A stretch of DNA of 64,000 bases, taken from assembly GCA_043228905.1 (NCBI GenBank), contig JBHGNT010000020.1:15376001-15440000 (forward strand), in the 5' to 3' direction. Of this stretch, positions 37,651 to 50,071 are shown in pieces. How positions within the stretch are numbered: the first letter of the stretch is position 1; every line of letters begins with the position of its first letter. The stretch comes from Azolla caroliniana (taxonomy: Eukaryota; Plantae; Polypodiophyta). A program made the translations under genes and the position numbers. The notes beneath the pieces are model-generated. The model was not told the DNA's origin and did not search any database. It worked only from the letters and a program-made list of their open reading frames with translations.

Positions 37651-40600
37651 ATGGATGTTCTAAATATAATCTCATGGAATGTTCAAGGATTAGGAGGTAG
37701 TAGGTTTCGAAGAATGAGAGGGGTTTTTAGACAGGAGTTAAAAAAGCCTTATGTAGGACCAATAGATGTGCTCATTATTCAGGAGCATCATTTAGGGGAA
37801 CAACACATCTTAAAATATGGGAATCTTCTCCCCGGGAGGTGGCAACAATTCTAGTTGCCGGCTTTTGGACCGAATGATACCCAGGGAGGTTTATGTATTG
37901 CGGTTTCACATATTTGGGCTACACATGTAAGTATGTCTGGATCATTAGCAAATAAAAGAGCACAATATATTGTTTTTCAAATAGGAGCGATTAAGTGGGG
38001 TTTGCTTAACCTTTATGCACCAAACTCTGAAGCAGCAAGGTCTCGTTTTTGGTCTGAAATTCTATTACAAATACCTCAAATTGACCATTGGGCATTAGTT
38101 GGGGATTTTAATATGTTAGAGGATGTGCAAGATAGGCAAGGTGGTAGTTTACGCATTATCTCTAGGTCAGAATTTAGGGAGTGGGAAAAACTATGTCTGT
38201 CACTACAATTGGTTGATCTTTGGTCAGTACAATCCTTTAATAGAATACCAGAATCTCTATCTTTTTCAAGATCTGACAGGAGATTGGCAGGGGTCAACCT
38301 TTCTCGTTTGGATAGGTTTTATGGGGATGCTTTTATGTGGACTAGAGGTGGTCAATTAGGAATCTTACCTAGTTGTTCTTTTTCTGATCATTCACCTCCT
38401 AAGTTAAAATTCTTTTTATCATCGACAAGAAGGGCTAGTAGATTTAGAATCCTAATTCCGTTTTTCTTAGAGACGATTGTAAACATTTTGTTCAAAGTAT
38501 TTGGTTTCGATATCATTATGATGCGGAATCCGATATCTTGTTTAATGTGGTGCATGTGTTGAAAGAAATTCAAGAATTTTTTCAAAGTAAAGCGAAAGCT
38601 TTGTACCTTGATTATGATTTCAAGATTGGAAGATACAAACGAGGTTTGACAGCGTTACAACATTTGCAACAAAGGTGGCCTAGATCTGTAGATTTAGCCA
38701 CGAGAATTATTGATGTTGGGAAAACAATTACTGATATGCAATTGCAGAAGTCAGATTTTTGGTATCATAAATCCTTTGCAAGATGGACTAGACAGGCGGA
38801 TACAATTTGTAAAGGGTTTTTTAAACCTCATCGCATTAAATCACATAAGTCTCAACCGACGAGTATGAGACGAGTTGATGGGTCTTTTACATCGAATGTG
38901 ATAGAGATGAGGGACATAACATCCTCTTTTTATAGTCATTTGTTGACAACAGTTCCAATTTCAAGAAATAATGTGATTAAGAGGGATGTTGTTTGGGCTT
39001 CGGTCTCTAATCGAGTCTCATTGGAAATGCAAATTTCTTTGCTTGCACCGTTGCAACCTTCGGAGGTTTTGTTAGCAGCAAAAGCTTTAGGTAAGGATAT
39101 GTGTCCAGGTGTTGATGGGATGGGGATTTCATGGTATCTAGAGTATTGGGATAGGATTGGTAATGTTTTGACTTCTGCGAATGGGCTTTCCAATGCAATG
39201 GATTAGGGTTGTCGCAACTTTGTATAGGACCGCTCATAGTTCTCTTTTGTTTGCAGGTGATGTTGGTTGTAGATTTCCAATTTCGAGATCAGTAAGACAA
39301 GGGTGTCCACTAGCTCCCTTTTTGTTTATTTTAGTCTCTGAAGCTTTTTCTGATTACCTTAGGAGTAGGAATGTACAAACTCGTGGCATAGCCTTACCGA
39401 TACAAGGATATGCAACCATGACTGTTGATTCAGAATTTGTTGATGACACCGCTTTATATGTTTCTGCAGATAAGGAGAATTTGTTGAATCTTCAACAAGC
39501 AGTAACAGATTTTTGTGATGCTTCAGGAGCTTTGATTAATTGGGACAAGTCTATGGGATTTTGGGTCGCGTCTTCCTCTCCTCCACAAGATGTGCCAACT
39601 CCAGGTTTTATTTGGGTGCCTCGAGGTAGAGCAGTAAGGTATCTGGGTTGTCAAGTAGGGCTAGAGTTGTCAGCAGAAGATATGCTAACACCCCTTTTAT
39701 TACGAGTTAGAAATAAATTGTTATATTGGGATACAACTAATTTGTCTTTACTTGGAAGGGTAGTTGTGGCAAACTCTGTTTTGCTCGCATCAATGTGGTA
39801 TATTGCTTCAACGTGGTTATTTTCACGTTCCATTATATTGAAATTACAACGCTTGGTTCGTAGTTTTATTTGGGGTGCTTCGCTGGGATCAAGGGTTGTT
39901 GCAAAAGTTGCTTAGCCGGTTTTAATCCGGCCAATAAGGGAAGGTGGACTAGGCTTAATAGATCCTATGCTCCAGAGTAAGGCTCTTCTTGCGAAGCATG
40001 TTGTGAGAGGATTTATGCCTAGGGATGAGTTGTGGAAAAATTTATAGTTGTTAGATATTCGTAACATTAAGCCTACCTTAGGAGGACAGTGGCAAGATAG
40101 TTGTAGATGGTTGTTTAATTCTGAATTTCTAATTAAGGCTCAAAATGTTGGTTCTAGAAGATTTTTTACAGGTATTTTGAGGGCATGGAAGGACATTAGA
40201 GAGGCTCTATTATTTCAACTACCTTCAACAGAAGCCCAATTTCTAAGACAACCATTGCTATGGAATCCTTTCTTTACTGATAGCTCTGGTTGTGTTTTAG
40301 GTATTAGGCCGCATTTATCGTGGGGGAAAATGGACTCAGGACCAGCTACAAGTGTGGCTGATTGGGACTAAAAACAATTCTTCTCTTCATTACGAGGGGG
40401 ATGTTTGATGTCCGTTCAGATTCACTAGGCTTTTCAGAATTGCCAAAGGCAAATTACCTTACATAATAATTATCCATGGTACGGTCTTTTCTCACCTTTG
40501 GGCATTTTAATAGGTGTCAGGGCTTACATTGATGAGGGTGCAATAAGATTTTATGATGTTGGAGATGCTGGTCTTTTATATTTAGTGGAAGAAGAAGCTA

Positions 40601-41625
40601 AAATTATGCAACTAGCCTCCCAAAAACCCATTAGGGTAATTGCTAGGTTAGAGAAGAAGATTTTCCTGGATCCTAACCCTTTTTTGGCAGACCACGCACG
40701 ACAACTGTGGGCATTTCAAAGTAAGCCGGTGGAACACCTTAATTGGGATCCGGCTGATTACGCATGGCGGTTAAATGAACAAGAAAGTAGAACTCTTCCT
40801 TTTTTTCAGTATTCTGTGGCCTACGGGAGACGCTTCTTGTTGCAACGCCATTCTATAAGTCCTGCTGCACAAAAGTACTGGGAGTCAGGTGCAATATCAC
40901 CTCAATATTTGGCAGCTTACTGGAAAAGTCTATGGACCTTACCATGTTTGCGGAGAGCCATTTCTTTTAAGTGGTTATTACTTCATTATGCTTTACCTAT
41001 AGGTTATCATCTAAAAGCACAGGTTCATGATCGTCGTTGTGTGTGTTGCCAATTACAGGAGGAGACTTTGAAACATTTGTTTTGGACTTGTGTTGCAGCT
41101 CAACAATATTGGGGAAGAATACTCAGGTTGTTTTGTTGTAAATATAGAGGAGCGATTTTTACATGGGGAGCTGTTTTTTGGGGGTCTTTGGATGTCCAAG
41201 TATCAATGTACGAGGGGGAGCAATGTGTGGAAGCATTGCGTGTGTCGGAGAATAGAATTGAAGCAGTTCTTCCGAATAGTCTGGGTGGTAAATATTTTAA
41301 ACAGTCTTTTGTTTGGAATATTGTCTCGATTAATGCTTTATGGGTGTGGTGGAAGTGTAGGTGTAGCAAGAAATATGAAGGTATCGAGTACAATGTGGTG
41401 GATATGATAAAGATGTTATGGGACAACTTAGTACATACAGTTAAGGGAGAGTACGATAATATAAAAGGAACAACAGAAAAGGTGCATAAGAAAAGAAGAA
41501 AAATTCGTCAGACATGGAGGCCAATACCTCTATGGTTGGATGGGACACATGAAAACTGTTGGAATTATGTGCCACCACGATGGTTGTTTTCTCCGCCTAA
41601 TCCTTTCTTATTTCAGAGCACATAA
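37651..41625 (+). pseudogene. LINE ORF2 (AP endonuclease, RT, zf-RVT), disrupted
   Basis: 'ISWNVQGL', 'NLYAPN', 'GDFN', 'SRLDRF', 'SDH', 'SVRQGCPLAPFLF', 'FVDDT' and 'CVCCQLQEETLKHLFWTC'. Contains stops, frameshifts and an RT deletion near 39180. Confidence 0.92.
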
Positions 41626-42049
41626 CAACATAACTTGTTGACAAACATAATAATTCTGTTGTTTTGGGAGGAAGAAGTATTCCTATGGTGTGATAGGGAG
41701 ATATTTATAGATTTCTATTCAAAGAATCTGTATTGTTTAATACTTTTCGGCAGGTTTCCTTACTTACCTAATGGACTATGAAGCAGTGTCGTTGGACATG
41801 ATAAGTGATGCTGTTGGTGGAAATCAAGGACATGGCAAGCCAAAATTTGGTGCCGATTAGTGAGATGGTGAGATGGTTGTTGTGGACGTAAGAAGCAAAT
41901 TCTTTTTGAAGCAACATTCTTTTGAGGGGTAAGGAGGAGTGAAGATGGTGTGGGGTTTGAAGCATAGTATCATGAGTTGGTGAGGGAGTTTTTTACACTA
42001 GGGGGAAGCAATTTTTTATGACTGCCTGAGGAGAGTATTCATTGGCATT

Positions 42050-42983
42050 AGGTTGAATCTGAGTAGGTTGAAGATGGGGAATAGAAGAGTGGTTTGGCTT
42101 TGCTCGGGGAAGTCATCCTTATGGGATTTTTTTATTTTTTTTTATTTAATTTTTGCTTTGTGCTTGTCACAAAGATGGATGATGTTACAGGATGTTGAAG
42201 CAGTTCTAGGGAGTGATAGGGAGGCTAGATTATGTTTCAATTCTTTTCGAATTTGGGGAGTGCTTTGCTCAGTTTTTTGGGAAGGATGATTGGAGTCATA
42301 TAGTCAAAAGGTAGTGTACTAGGATGTATACATTACGTTGCAAGTCTTATGTATTGTTGAGTATGAACAGGTTGAATGGGGAAAATAGAAGACTGTCTTA
42401 AGATGCAGCTACCGTGTGTACGTTGAAAGTGGAAAATAGAAGACTGGTTTGGCTTTGCTTGGGGAAGCCATCCTTCGGGGAAAATCTTCTTGCTTGTGAC
42501 AAAGATGGATGATGTAAAAGGATGTTTGAAGCAATCCTAGGGAGTGACAGAGAGGCTACATTATGTTTCAAGTACCTTTCAAATTTGGGGAATGCTTTTC
42601 TCATTTTTCTAGGGAGGATGAGTGGAGACAAACTGTCAAAAGGTATTGTATTAAGATGTATACATTAGATAGTAGGTTTTATGTATTGCTACTTATGAGC
42701 AAGTTGAATGTGGAAGATAGAAGACTGCATAAAGATGCAACAACTTTGTGTACGTTGAAAGTGGAATTAGAAGAGTGGTTTGGCTTTGCTTGGGGAAGCC
42801 ATCCTTATGGGGATTTTTTTTATTTTTGCTTCTATTCCTACTTTGTGTACATTGAAAATGGAAAATTACAAGAGTGGATTGGCTTTGCTTAGGGAAGCCA
42901 TCCTTAGGAGAAAATCTTTTTACTATGGGGCAGAGTTGGATGATGTTTAAGGATGTTGAAGCAGTTCTAGGGAGTGACGAGGA
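42050..42983. repeat. Degenerate tandem repeats (~330-430 bp units), resuming at 48810 after the Copia insertion
   Basis: Recurring 'tggctttgctt(c)ggggaagccatcctt' and 'ttgaagcagttctagggagtga'. Confidence 0.75.
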
Positions 42984-45900
42984 TGTCGAATACATGTGTA
43001 TAATGGACGTATTCACATTACCCCGTTTTGGCCATTTATGTAATTAGCATAAAGGGTAGTTGCCCTAAGTCGGTCACTATATATAGTGACCTTGTAACCT
43101 TTTTGTAAGGTTGGATGTTGTATTGTTGCTTTGTGAAATAAAGAGTCTTTTTGTGTGTGTCTCTCTCTCTCTCTCTCTCTCTCTGTGCAACGACCTACAA
43201 TCTCTCATACACAGGGAATAAACAGGAATCGAGTGCTTCTTGATCTTCCGCAAAGACGACATTGCTTCCAACATCTGGTATCAGAGCCTGCACAGTAGTC
43301 GGTCCTTCAATCCGCTGTCGGCCGTCGTCTCTGTATTCGGTTTCCTGCGTCATTCGAAGAGAGAGAGAGAGACACAAAAAGACTCTTTATTTCACAAAGC
43401 AACAATACAACATCCAACCTTACAAAAAGGTTACAAGGTCACTATATATAGTGACCGACTTAGGGCAACTACCCTTTATGCTAATTACATAAATGGCCAA
43501 AACGGGGTAATGTGAATACGTCCATTATACACATGTATTCGACACTCCCCCGTAATGGGCGTATACATGGGTTATCTAAAATTACAGGTATAGGCTTAGG
43601 TTCTCGGACATATCAGCTTTGTTCGAGTCGGTGGTATCAGAGCGAGGTTTGAGGGAAGGCTACTCATGAGTATCATTGCTCTGAGTTCATCCTCGATTGT
43701 CGTCCCCTGTGACGAGATTTGGGAGCTTATGCTTTCGTACTCATTGAGATGTGCTTGGACAGAATCGGTCCTTCAATCCGCTGTCGGCCGTCGTCTCTGT
43801 ATTCGGTTTCCTGCGTCATTCGAAGAGAGAAGAAGAAGAAAAACGAGGTTTGCACCTCATCGCGTTAGATCATCTTCGCTTGGAGTAAGCCAGCAGGTTG
43901 TACTCTGTTCCTTGTGATCGTAACCGCTTGAGGTGAAATCCCCTTGTGCAACATTGACAACAACCCAAACTCGTGCTTCATCTGGCTGATCGACATTCGG
44001 GAGGATCAGTTGGATCCGTCTCTCTCGTTGCTGCAGTCAACCGAAGCAGAATCGGTCCAGATAATCGGTTCCAATAATCGGTATTCGGCATATATATCCG
44101 AAGCGAACCGGGCTCACTCCGACTCGGCGACATTCGGGAAGACCAGTCGGTTCTGTCCCTCAAGTTACCGGAGTCAATTCGAGCAAGTTCCGAAGCCGAA
44201 CCGACTCGGGTTCAAATCCGACTAGAACGATATCGGGTGAGCCAACCGGCTGCACTCCAACAAGGTTCGTAGTCAACTCCGAACCGAGCTTCGTCAACCG
44301 AAACCGAATTTGATGGCATCAACATCCGGCTCGTCAGAAATGAGTCTACGAAAGTTCGATGGATCGAACTTCAACTTCTGGAAGGAACAAATGCAGGACT
44401 ATCTCATAGTCAAGGGGCAAATCGATCCCATCGAAAATGAAGAACCTCCAGAAGGATACAAACCAATTGAGTGGCAGAAGCTGGACAGAATCGTCCGCGC
44501 CACGATTCGGATGCACCTATCGGAATCGGTATACTTTACGGTGCAATCGTGTACGACAGCATTTGAACTGTGGAAAACACTGTCGGACACCTACGAAAAG
44601 AAGGTCGCCGCAACAAAGATGTTTCTGATCCGGCGCCTCTACAACTTGCGGATGAAAGAATCCGATTCGGTCCAAGCACATCTCAATGAGTACGAAAGCA
44701 TAAGCTCCCAAATCTCGTCACAGGGGACGGCAATCGAGGATGAACTCAGAGCAATGATACTCATGAGTAGCCTTCCCTCATCATGGGAAACTTTCGTCAC
44801 AACCGTGTGCAACGCGTCAACCACGGCTGTCAAATACTCCGAAGTCACGAGCGCAATCCTGACCGAAGCAGCTCGGAGAAAGTCTTTTGCCAAAGACTCA
44901 ACAGACGACGCTTACGTAGTACAAGGTTCGACAGACCGATCGAACATACGAGGAAGAGATTCCTCACGACCGCCGAACAATCAGCGAAGACGGAGCCAGT
45001 CACGGGATAACCGAATCTGCAACTATTGCAAGAAACCCGGACACATCAAAGCCGACTGCCGCGCACTCAAGAACAAGAACAACAAGAAGAGTGGCCGGCA
45101 TGAGGAGGTCAACTACGTCAGCTTCTCAGCTGATGTGCTACCAGACGACCCGAATATACTATCAATCGAAAATCCAGTCGGATCAGAAGTTCTACTCACG
45201 ACTGAAGAGTCGAGCACATGGCTCTTAGATTCGGGCGCGTCATTTCACGTGACTCCTCATCGATCCCAATTTCGGCAATATACGATCCGTCACTCCGACT
45301 CAGTTCGAGTCGGTAACTCGCAACACTGTGACATCATCGGAATCGGCACAGTAGAGCTCAACCTTGCAGGCGGCTCAACACTTGTACTCCACAATGTCCG
45401 ACATGTACCCGAGCTCTCAAGGCCATTGATCTCAGTCGGACAACTAGATGAAGACGGCATTCGTGCCGGTTTCTCTTCGGGAGGGTGGACACTCCACAGG
45501 GGGAACCTCCTGCTTGCTAGAGGACCCAAGATACACTCATTGTATCCGTTACATGTTACGCTCAGAGAGGGTAACCTGTTTTTGGTGGATATTCCTGTGT
45601 CATCACTATGGCACCGAAGATTAGGACACCTCAGCAAGGCCGGCATCACGCACCTATCTAGAGCCGGATACATCCCCAAACTCTCCTTCTCGGACCATCA
45701 ATTCTGCGAGCATTGCCAGTATGGCAAACAAGCAGCCGCGTCACACCCGACATCAGCACCAAGAGAAACGAGACCTCTTGATTTAGTCCATTCGGACGTC
45801 TGTGGCCCAATGCCGCATCAGTCTCTAGGCGGTGCCTCTTACTTCGTCACTTTTATTGACGATTCGACTCGCAAGGTGTGGGCTTATCCAATTCGCACCA

Positions 45901-48688
45901 AAGATCGGGTCTTCTCGATCTTCACCGATTGGCTCGCTATGGTAGAAAATCAAACCGACCGAAAGCTGAAATGCCTTCGGACAGACAATGAGGGAGAGTT
46001 CAAATCCGAAGAATTCGTCAAATTCTGCCGACAACGCGGCATCCGACGTGAATTTACGGCACCACACAGCCCGGAGCAAAACGGGATTGCCGAACGAATG
46101 AATCGGACAATCCAAGAAAGGATAGTTTCCATGCTCCAACACTCCGGACTGTCGGATGGCTTCTGGGCAGAGGCTCTACTCACGGCAGTGCACATAATCA
46201 ATATGTCGCCAAGTAGACCTCTAGGACTTCAAATTCCTCAGGAACTATGGATCGGCAGTAAGCCGAATTACGACAAGCTGAGGATCTTCGGATGCGAGGC
46301 GTACGCCCTCATTCCGAAAGATGATCGCCGAAAACTTGCACCTCGGTCCAGGAAATGCATTTTCCTTGGATATGGGTCCGACGGCGAAATGGGATACCGA
46401 CTCTGGGACCCCGAACGCAGGCAAATCGTTCGAAGTTCGGACGTTGTGTTCAACGAGTCGGCTATGAATCCACCAGTCGAAAAACCGATCGAAGTCCGAA
46501 GGGTAACATTTTCCGATGTGCCGACCCTTCAAGAAGGCCCCGCTCTCAACACACGGTCAGCTTCACGGGTAGCTGAACCTTACTCTACCGACTCGGACAA
46601 CTCCGACTCGGCACAGCAGAACAACTCGCTTTCGGACCATCCGACCACGATACCCGATGCGACCAGTCCAATCATACCTCGACGATCCGAGAGACTGTCG
46701 CAACCTCCGGAGAGGTACTCTCCTGGAATTTTCTTCACCGACGCCGGCGAACCGACGTCTTACGAAGAAGCATCGACATCTGTCGATTCCGCCACCTGGC
46801 ATCTGGCGATGGAGTCGGAAATGCACTCCATTCGGGCAAACAAGACTTGGGATCTGGTCGAATTACCTAGGAACCGACGTGCTCTTCCTTGCAAGTGGGT
46901 TTATCGACTAAAAGAGACGTCTGATTCGACCACCCCAAAGTACAAGGCCAGATTAGTTGCGAAGGGCTTCCGACAAGAATATGGCGTCGACTTCGACGAG
47001 ATTTTTTCACCAGTGGTGAAAATGACAACCCTTCGTTTTCTGCTCGGCGTCGTGGCAGCCGACAACCTGGAGCTGATTCAGCTAGATGTCAAAACCGCCT
47101 TCCTCCATGGTGATCTCGAGGAAGAAATTTATATGGAGCAGCCGAAAGGCTTCGTGGCAACTGGCCAAGAACATCTAGTCTGCCGACTCAGGAAGAGTCT
47201 ATACGGCCTCAAACAGGCACCGCGACAATGGTACAAGAAGTTCGACGACTTCATCCAATCGATCGGCTTCTCCAAAAGCGATGAAGACCATTGTCTCTTC
47301 ACCAACACAGCTCAAGATGGATCACCCATCTTCCTCATCATTTACGTGGACGACATGCTACTTTCTGGACGCCACGCGGGCGAACTTGCCGATCTCGTTC
47401 GGCAACTGCGGTTGAAGTTTGCCATGAAGGACCTCGGTCCGGCACGACACATCCTTGGCATGAAAATCAGTCGGCATCGCGATAAACGACATCTTTTTTT
47501 GTCTCAGACCGACTATATCGGACGTGTCTTGGAACGCTTCAACATGCAATCCGCCAAATCTGCTTCAACCCCGCTCCCAATGAATCTTCGGCTCTCTCAG
47601 CGAGACTGCCCGACATCCGGCCCGGAGGGGGAAGATATGAAGTCGGTACCGTATGCACCGGCAGTCGGCTCCCTTATGTACCTGATGGTCGCGACACGGC
47701 CTGATATTTCTCACGCCGTAGGAGTCGTTAGCAGATTTATGCACAATCCTGGCCGATCGCATTGGAACGCAGTCAAGCATGTGTTCAGATATCTGGCTGG
47801 CACAAAAGACCATGGCATTCTTTTCGGTCCGAACCGAACCTCAGGCGTAGTTGGTTACACCGACTCGGACTTCGCCGGCTGTATAGACAGTCGGAAATCA
47901 ACAACCGGATACTGCTTCAAATTCGGCAATGGAGCAATTTCGTGGAAGTCAAAACTTCAGGAGTGCACAGCGACCTCAACGACCGAAGCAGAATATGTAG
48001 CTGCGTCCGACGCAGCAAAAGAAGCTTTGTGGCTCGGTCGGCTGGCGCACACGTTTCGACAAGTCGACCATGACTCAGCTCCAGTTGTCTACAGCGACAG
48101 TCAAGGTGTTGTTGCCTTGTCGAAAAATCCGGTTCACCACAACGCCTCCAAACATATCGACGTTCGATATCACTTCGTTCGGGACTGCGTCATTTCAGGG
48201 AAAATCGGTCTAGAGAAAATATCCACAACCGACAATGTCGCAGATGGAATGACCAAATGTCTTTCGGCAGACCGCTTTCGGTCTCTTCGGCATCAGATGG
48301 GCGTAACGACAAACCAGTCCGGTTAGAGCCGGACACAGAGCAGGATGGTTCCCGACAACCGACATCAGTTCCTAAATGATCGGCTTCAACTGTTCCGACC
48401 CGACCAGTTCGGTCTTCTGCCTTCGGACCCTGCCGACTCGAACAAAGCTGATATGTCCGAGAACCTAAGCCTATACCTGTAATTTTAGATAACCCATGTA
48501 TACGCCCATTACGGGGGAGTGTCGAATACATGTGTATAATGGACGTATTCACATTACCCCGTTTTGGCCATTTATGTAATTAGCATAAAGGGTAGTTGCC
48601 CTAAGTCGGTCACTATATATAGTGACCTTGTAACCTTTTTGTAAGGTTGGATGTTGTATTGTTGCTTTGTGAAATAAAGAGTCTTTTT

Positions 48689-48724
<36 letters not shown>

Positions 48725-48809
48725 AACGACCTACAATCTCTCATACACAGGGAATAAACAGGAATCGAGTGCTTCTTGATCTTCCGCAAAGACGACATTG
48801 CTTCCAACA
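42984..48809 (+). mobile_element. Very young full-length Ty1/Copia retrotransposon
   Basis: 290-bp LTRs (42984-43273, 48520-48809) that differ by eye only in the GT/CT microsatellite. GAGGA TSD, PBS TGGTATCAGAGCC at 43276 and PPT GGGGGAG. Confidence 0.98.
44313..48326 (+). CDS. Intact Copia gag-pol polyprotein (gag, CCHC, protease, integrase, RT, RNase H)
   Basis: Single ~1337-aa ORF: 'CNYCKKPGHIKADC', 'WLLDSGAS', 'WHRRLGH', 'HSDVCGP', 'YVDDMLL', 'YTDSDFAG' and 'KHIDVRYHFVRD'. Confidence 0.97.
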   Translation: MASTSGSSEMSLRKFDGSNFNFWKEQMQDYLIVKGQIDPIENEEPPEGYKPIEWQKLDRIVRATIRMHLSESVYFTVQSCTTAFELWKTLSDTYEKKVAATKMFLIRRLYNLRMKESDSVQAHLNEYESISSQISSQGTAIEDELRAMILMSSLPSSWETFVTTVCNASTTAVKYSEVTSAILTEAARRKSFAKDSTDDAYVVQGSTDRSNIRGRDSSRPPNNQRRRSQSRDNRICNYCKKPGHIKADCRALKNKNNKKSGRHEEVNYVSFSADVLPDDPNILSIENPVGSEVLLTTEESSTWLLDSGASFHVTPHRSQFRQYTIRHSDSVRVGNSQHCDIIGIGTVELNLAGGSTLVLHNVRHVPELSRPLISVGQLDEDGIRAGFSSGGWTLHRGNLLLARGPKIHSLYPLHVTLREGNLFLVDIPVSSLWHRRLGHLSKAGITHLSRAGYIPKLSFSDHQFCEHCQYGKQAAASHPTSAPRETRPLDLVHSDVCGPMPHQSLGGASYFVTFIDDSTRKVWAYPIRTKDRVFSIFTDWLAMVENQTDRKLKCLRTDNEGEFKSEEFVKFCRQRGIRREFTAPHSPEQNGIAERMNRTIQERIVSMLQHSGLSDGFWAEALLTAVHIINMSPSRPLGLQIPQELWIGSKPNYDKLRIFGCEAYALIPKDDRRKLAPRSRKCIFLGYGSDGEMGYRLWDPERRQIVRSSDVVFNESAMNPPVEKPIEVRRVTFSDVPTLQEGPALNTRSASRVAEPYSTDSDNSDSAQQNNSLSDHPTTIPDATSPIIPRRSERLSQPPERYSPGIFFTDAGEPTSYEEASTSVDSATWHLAMESEMHSIRANKTWDLVELPRNRRALPCKWVYRLKETSDSTTPKYKARLVAKGFRQEYGVDFDEIFSPVVKMTTLRFLLGVVAADNLELIQLDVKTAFLHGDLEEEIYMEQPKGFVATGQEHLVCRLRKSLYGLKQAPRQWYKKFDDFIQSIGFSKSDEDHCLFTNTAQDGSPIFLIIYVDDMLLSGRHAGELADLVRQLRLKFAMKDLGPARHILGMKISRHRDKRHLFLSQTDYIGRVLERFNMQSAKSASTPLPMNLRLSQRDCPTSGPEGEDMKSVPYAPAVGSLMYLMVATRPDISHAVGVVSRFMHNPGRSHWNAVKHVFRYLAGTKDHGILFGPNRTSGVVGYTDSDFAGCIDSRKSTTGYCFKFGNGAISWKSKLQECTATSTTEAEYVAASDAAKEALWLGRLAHTFRQVDHDSAPVVYSDSQGVVALSKNPVHHNASKHIDVRYHFVRDCVISGKIGLEKISTTDNVADGMTKCLSADRFRSLRHQMGVTTNQSG

Positions 48810-49000
48810 GAGGATAGATTATGTTTTATTTTCTTTTCAAATTTGGGGAATGGTTTTTTCTTTTTCTGGGGAGGATGAGTGGAGACAATTGGTAGCATGT
48901 TTTAGGTGTAGCTAACTATGTGCAGATTGAAGAAGGATGGTGTTTCACAATGCAACTTCTTTGTGTGGGGGCCATTACTTATCAGCTCATTTAGTCTGCC

Positions 49001-49596
49001 AGGATTAAACATGTTTGATGGGACAGACTCCCATTATTTTCATTCCAGTGCATGTGGTTACCATTGGATGTGGGACTCTAGGCTTTTTAGTTATGGCAAA
49101 TGGGAGGATCTATGCTTCTTGTTGTCCAATGCACAATGGTGGATTGAGGAGCACAAATTTGATGGTTTTCGTTATGATGGTGTAACATCAATGATGTACA
49201 CTCATCATGGACTACAGGTTTCCTTTACTGGGAATAACAATGAGTGTTTTGGAATGGCTACAAATATAGATGCTTTGAATTACCTCATGTTGGCAAATGA
49301 AATGATCTATGCTTTATAGCCAAATGCCATTACTGTTGGAAAAGATGTAAGTTGAATGCCTACCTTTAGTCTCCCTGTTGGAGATGGAGGTGTTGGTTTT
49401 GACTATAGGATGCATAAGGCAGTTGCAGACAAGTGGATTGAATTGCTAAGAAAAAAGACATGTTGAGAAAATGTGTTGTTTATGCTCAAAGCCATGATCA
49501 AGCTTTAGTTGGAGACAAGACAATCACATTTAGCCTGATGGACAAGGATATGTATGGCTTTATGGCCCTTGATGGACACAACACCAGCAATTGATA
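49001..49596 (+). pseudogene. SBE: Intronless fragment of a starch-branching enzyme (GH13) gene
   Basis: '[26 protein letters not shown]', '[18 protein letters not shown]', 'GGVGFDYR' and '[12 protein letters not shown]'. Contains stops and deletions. Confidence 0.9.
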
Positions 49597-49868
49597 TTAG
49601 AGGACAACACAGTTGATTTTATTGGTCATGCGTGAACCTTATACCGAGATGATGCATATCTAGAGTCTTTTACTAAATAAAACATGTGTATAAAACTGAG
49701 ATATTGTGATGTTTTAGGCTATTATAACCAGCATTAAGCTTGTGGATTATGAAAGTGCTAACAAATTAATATAGTTTTAGGGAAAATAAATGTGGATGTT
49801 ACAGAGAAAGATGTTCTGCCCCTAAAAACTTCTTTTGCAAGTATATGATGGCTTCTTTTGAATTCCAG

Positions 49869-50010
49869 GAAGAGTTTTCAGAGAAGTAGAGCTTGGAGAG
49901 TCCATCAGATATGCTTTAGGTGATGTTGTTGAAGGTTGGTTAAATGAACTTTTCTGTTTGAATGCTGCAAATCACATTCCCAAACTTGAGGGCAGCTTGC
50001 CTCATCCAAG
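49869..50010 (+). pseudogene. Fragment resembling RNA cytidine acetyltransferase NAT10/Kre33
   Basis: Manual translation 'GRVFREVELGESIRYALGDVVEGWLNELFCLNAANHIPKLEGSLPHPS' resembles the NAT10 'ESIRYA.GD.IE.WLN.LLCLD' segment. Confidence 0.65.
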
Positions 50011-50071
50011 TGGTTATACGTAATATAAAGATTTTTTACAAATGTCACAGTGAAATGTGGCTAATGTTCTA

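Larger units (their letters stand above)
35468..41625 (+). mobile_element. L1-clade LINE, near full length (boundaries approximate)
   Basis: ORF1 and ORF2 in tandem with a 23-bp spacer. No poly(A) or TSD identified. Confidence 0.9.
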
